From: Rhizodiscina lignyota
Lineage: Eukaryota
Length of the DNA: 64,000 nucleotides
Direction: 5' to 3'
Assembly (NCBI GenBank): GCA_010015805.1
Contig: ML978127.1
Location: 186,001-250,000, forward strand
In this document: piece by piece, positions 59,679 to 64,000 of the stretch
Position numbering within the stretch: position 1 is the first letter of the stretch
Layout: every line of letters starts with the position of its first letter
Position numbers and translations under genes: made by a program
Notes under the pieces: generated by a model
Databases searched by the model: none
What the model saw: only the letters and a program-made list of their open reading frames with translations
Told to the model about the DNA's origin: nothing

Positions 59679-62600
59679 GTTTGCAAACAACAAAGGAATG
59701 AGACAAGAAGATGGTGATACCGAAGTGGGAGTTCGGATGAAGTTATATGAGATCAAGCACCCTACGCGTAAATATGGGGCCCTGCGCCATGCTAACTTGC
59801 ACCAGTGACGTTATCCAGGTACGAGGTACCTACCCGCCCCAAGCTCGTGTCGTGTGCTCGTATGCTAACCCCGACGACATGCTGATCAGACGTTTATTTT
59901 TGGAGCTGGGGCGACTTAGCAGCCAACGATTAAAGGTGAAACGAGAAATCTCTGCGAGGTACGAGGATGTTGTGAGCCGCAGAAATGACAGCGAGCTGGC
60001 GTCTGTCTGAGATCTCTCACGTATGTACGAGACTCCGTAGCACGTTGGACGGGCCATATGCGTCAGTCTTAAGGCTTGCCTTCAGAGGCGAAGAATACAA
60101 GAGTTACCTTTTTCCTTCGTCGTGCCTCGTCCGCTTACGGCGCGCCGGCGGTGCCCTGCAGATGCAGACAGCCACATCTCCTTCGGGCCAAGGCGGATGC
60201 GCTGCCGATCGCAAAGCTCAGCCTCATCCAACGTTCATTTCAAAATATATCAAATCTTGGGTTTCACGTTACGGGTGCCGAGCCATATGCTGGGAGCGAC
60301 GTCGAAAATAGACTTCCAGTATCGATGTCGAGAGCACCTGGATATTCGTCTCGACTGTCCGAACTGCGACTTGGAATGGCGTCAGAACTCAATCGTCGAG
60401 AGGGTACCCTCATACTTTCTAGTGGGCCCTGATCTAATCTGATCAGATATCAGCTCCAGCCCAACTCCAACTAACCCAATCCAGAGTTCAGTCCTCCGAT
60501 GGCAAAATATCTGTTATGGTGTTAGCACAGTGAAAGATGGTATGCAGTGGCTGCAGAGTGCGGACAACTAAGCCGTATTTGTGGTAACAAATCGATTAGT
60601 ACCATGTTGGGGTTGATCCTCCATCAGACAACCTTTCTACGAGCGTTAAGCAAGCTTCTTCGCCTGACAAAGACCATCTCTGAGTAAAGAGTAGCGACAC
60701 TTCTTCATTTTCAGCTCTTCATCGCTCCGGATCTGCACCTAACCAACACACATTCCGACGAAGCAACTCCTTAGATGTGTTGACCTCTAACCCCCTTGCG
60801 CGCTTTAATCCCTCGATATCAATTGACATCCGCTTGATCAGATCCTCCTCATGTGCGGTCCCATTGGTGTTCATCAAGCACTCAGTCTTCTCTCTATATC
60901 GTAGATTCGAAGGTTTCTGCCCGAAATACAGCACCGGATGTGTGTAATCGGCGATTGACCAGTTCCCTCTAAAGTCTCTCGATTTAACCCCAGCTCGTTC
61001 CACAAGCATGTGCCATCGTCGACGTACTTGAAACCAAAGGTCGTGAGACAGTATGGATCTTGCACGGAGTGTCGAGGATTCCGTGACAATAGGTCCAAGA
61101 TTAATCGTTGTTACGGTCGAACAGGATGCATTGGGTGCGGTAGGTAATGCCAGCGGATGTAGTGGTAAGGGTCGACGACATCAGTTTGCGAATCTGCTTT
61201 AGACACGGTGCTGAATTGCTGACGTCCACAAAGTTGACCGCCATGCTCAACCTACTCCAGCTCATTGAGCTATTTCGGTGAGTGCCTCGTTCAGGGGTTT
61301 GATCGGAGAGGTGAATGAGGAGGGCAAAGTTGCATTTCACGTACCGGATGTACGTCGTACGCGATGGAGACACTGAAGACTACTGTGAGTAGAGTTCGTA
61401 TTTGGATCTCCAGTTTGGTACATTGCAGAGGCGGAGCTGCTCTTGCAGACCATCGAACTTGGCAGCTTCTAACCGAGCGTTGAGATCCTTCATTGTGCTG
61501 GCTGCTAACCTTGGTTGCAGTCTCGGCTGAACAGATTATGCTTGCCCAATCGCCCAGCCAAACATATTCGGATCGATAAGATCCGGGTCAAGCCCTCTCA
61601 CGGGCTGCTATATTCCAGTGCTCCGAATACGATATCAAGGAAATTGAATCCCAGAAACGAGGAAATAACCCTACCGCATCGCGCTCCAAAGCTGCTCTGG
61701 ATGCCTCTTAAAACGCGAATCTGAATGCTGCAGCCATTACAGAGAGTTTATGCCGCCACGGAGCACATTATTCAGCATAAGCGCTCCTGGGTCGGACGGC
61801 TTCCACGAAGAATTCGGGGGAATTCAATCCGGACGGGGAGGTAAGGCTGTAATATCGATGCAATCCAAGTCCACGACGAGCGCGCCCATCCCCTTCGCCC
61901 AGGTTTTCATGTCAGTTCCTCTTGGCAATGATTGATAGCTTAACTCCCTTGGTAGAACGGGATGGTATCCCTGGCTTTTGGGACTCGTCAATACGCTGGT
62001 GCTGCTGGAGGAATGTTGAGTTGTCAATGCTGTAAGATACAGGTCAATCGTGAATTTCGGGTCTCGTGTCATTGATGCTCGGTTGCGGGACGACTGAAAG
62101 TTGTCGGAAGAACTCGTTGTTTTCCAGACACTTTGATGGCGGATCTTGGAACGTTTGATATCTGCTGACAATCAGTTAATACGACCGGCTAGAATGTCTT
62201 CCGCTGCGGTTAGAGCAGCCATCATCGAGCGGATGATAGCCGTGCAGGTACAGTCTACAGACCCCCGGAAATCCGATCGGCTTGAGTCTCCAGGCGCCGC
62301 TTATTTGCTCCTTGGTGTGTGCTCCACACTTCCCAGCCTCCAGTAGCTGTCTCTTTCATTAAATTCATTGGCTCTGCGGGCTAAGACGAGTGTCGTCACG
62401 TAAACATTGATAAGTAGGGGTGACACTAAGAAAGCGCTGAAACGAATGGTCAAATTGAGCTGCGAAGAAAACCATCTGGATTCCAGATGATTGGTAAAAC
62501 ATGGGGACCTTTATAAACATTCAAAAGTGGAATACAAGTTGCTGAAGCCGTGACGCCATTTTGCGAATCTCTAGAGGCGTGCCACAGCCATGAGCCACAA

Positions 62601-63638
62601 TCACATTGACAACATCTTCATGAATGGATGGTCTGTGCAAGTGGCTTTGCTAAATCCAACATCAAAGTGCTGGAGAGGCAAAATTAGTCGACAAAGGATA
62701 CGGACAAACATGAGTTAGCCTTTCTCCTCTTCTGTTTAGAGAATTTAGGCTTCCTTAGATGCTCTTCTCGCTCGTAACGTATGGCGAGCAGAGGCTTGAG
62801 GTTGACAAGACATGCACACTAAATGGAGACGCCGCTGCCGATCGCCTATGTTTGGTTTAGTCAACAAGTCTGGGGCTTTTTCGCCTAGTAAGAAAACGGA
62901 AATACAGCGAAAGCGATATTGTCGGCGTTCGAATTGCGGGGCGTGTGAGCTCAGGGGTACATACATAGCAGTGTCGGTGTGAACGAACAATGTATAGCTG
63001 CGCCCCCGGCTGCACAGTGTGGAGCCACAGATGCCCATGCCTTGTTGCCTTTGAATTGGTTGGCATGGAAAAGGGTCACAAGAGAGATATGAAAGGCGTG
63101 ATTGTGTAGAAACGAGTTATGGGGCCGGGGATGGGCCTGGCTATGAAGTTGAGTCAGCATGGAGCACAACGTCACTCTTTCCCTTTCGAGGCGAAAGTGC
63201 GAGCTTCACGCAGCGTGGGTCCTGCTTGCGCCCTTGTTCAGCCTCAACTCGTGGGCGACTCTAATGTATGTACAGACGTTGATTTCTCCCTACAGCCCTA
63301 CAGTCTCGCGCGGTTCTTTTCATGGCATCTGTAGCCGTTTTGACAAGCATCGGGCGTATTTCCACGCTGTTTCCGGCAGACCAACCTCTGATCTCTGCTC
63401 CTTTCCCACTATTCTGTCGATAGTTTTGGATGGGCACCTTGTGCTGTTTGACGCCGAAGCCCCGCGCGTGGTTGTTCAGCCTTAATTCTTAAATTCAGGG
63501 TGGCGTCTATATGAGATTATCTAAGGGCTCGAGAAACAGCTTGGAGGAACGCTATTTGATTTGATTTTCGCCTTACGCGGGGTGCATCCTTAGTCGGACA
63601 ACATTATCAATTGTATCGGAGTTACACAGAGGAAGAGG

Positions 63639-64000
63639 ATGACACAGATAGGAAAGTGTGATACATGTCGAAAGCGGAAAGTCAAAGTACGGACCTCTCA
63701 GATCTCATCTCGCATTTTCCAGGTCTAACAGTCTCGACCATAGTGCGATGAGAAGAGGCCACAGTGCCGCGCCTGCATGAAGAGAGGTAGGGCTTGCACC
63801 TACAACTCGGCATACAGCAGATTGGCCCAGTTCATGAACGTTGGCAGCAATGCAGACCAAGATTCTGGGTATGATTCTCCTATTCCTAGTGTGGAGGAGG
63901 ATAATTCACCGGAGCCTGAGTATATCGCCGTCGAGGATGCCATAGTCCGTGACATCAGCTTCAAAGCCAAGTCTATCCTCAGTCTGAGGTCATATGCACG
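63639..64000 (+). CDS. Zn(II)2Cys6 fungal transcription factor, 5' part (runs off the window)
   Basis: MTQIGKCDTCRKRKVK, then intron 63687-63743 (GTACGG..CTAAC..TAG), then CDEKRPQCRACMKRGRACTY. Together these give CX2CX6CX6CX2CX6C, and the frame stays open to the window end. Confidence 0.88.

Noticed and set aside
1..64000. Transposons or RIP-degraded repeats
   Set aside because: I saw no transposase or reverse-transcriptase motifs, LTRs, terminal inverted repeats or extended AT-rich blocks by eye. Small elements could have been missed.

Overview
This is eukaryotic DNA from a filamentous ascomycete (Pezizomycotina, plausibly Dothideomycetes). It is gene-dense, roughly balanced in GC, and has short GT-AG introns with CTAAC/CTGAC-type branch sites. 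I can support about 27 protein-coding loci. Conserved housekeeping genes (TFB3/MAT1, nimA, an ankyrin-BTB protein, CHS5, GMPPA-type guanyltransferase, TSR2, phospholipase B, CAS1-type O-acetyltransferase) are interleaved with accessory genes. The accessory set includes an amidase, a SAM methyltransferase, an ABC-F ATPase, an AA7 oxidase, an EthA-like monooxygenase, a beta-lactamase-family hydrolase, a PAN/apple membrane protein, an Mx-like dynamin and four paralogous F-box-like proteins. The most notable loci are (1) a cupin-like/TPR/ankyrin protein carrying a C-terminal HET (TIR-related) domain, (2) a cytosolic Endo-T-type GH18 fused to a UBA domain, and (3) a local expansion of F-box-like paralogs. 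Three genes carry disabling lesions: a CorA-like relic, an arrestin-like gene and one F-box paralog. A Zn(II)2Cys6 gene missed by the ORF track starts at the right edge. I saw no rRNA, tRNA, CRISPR array or transposon. All calls come from reading motifs by eye; no database searches were run.
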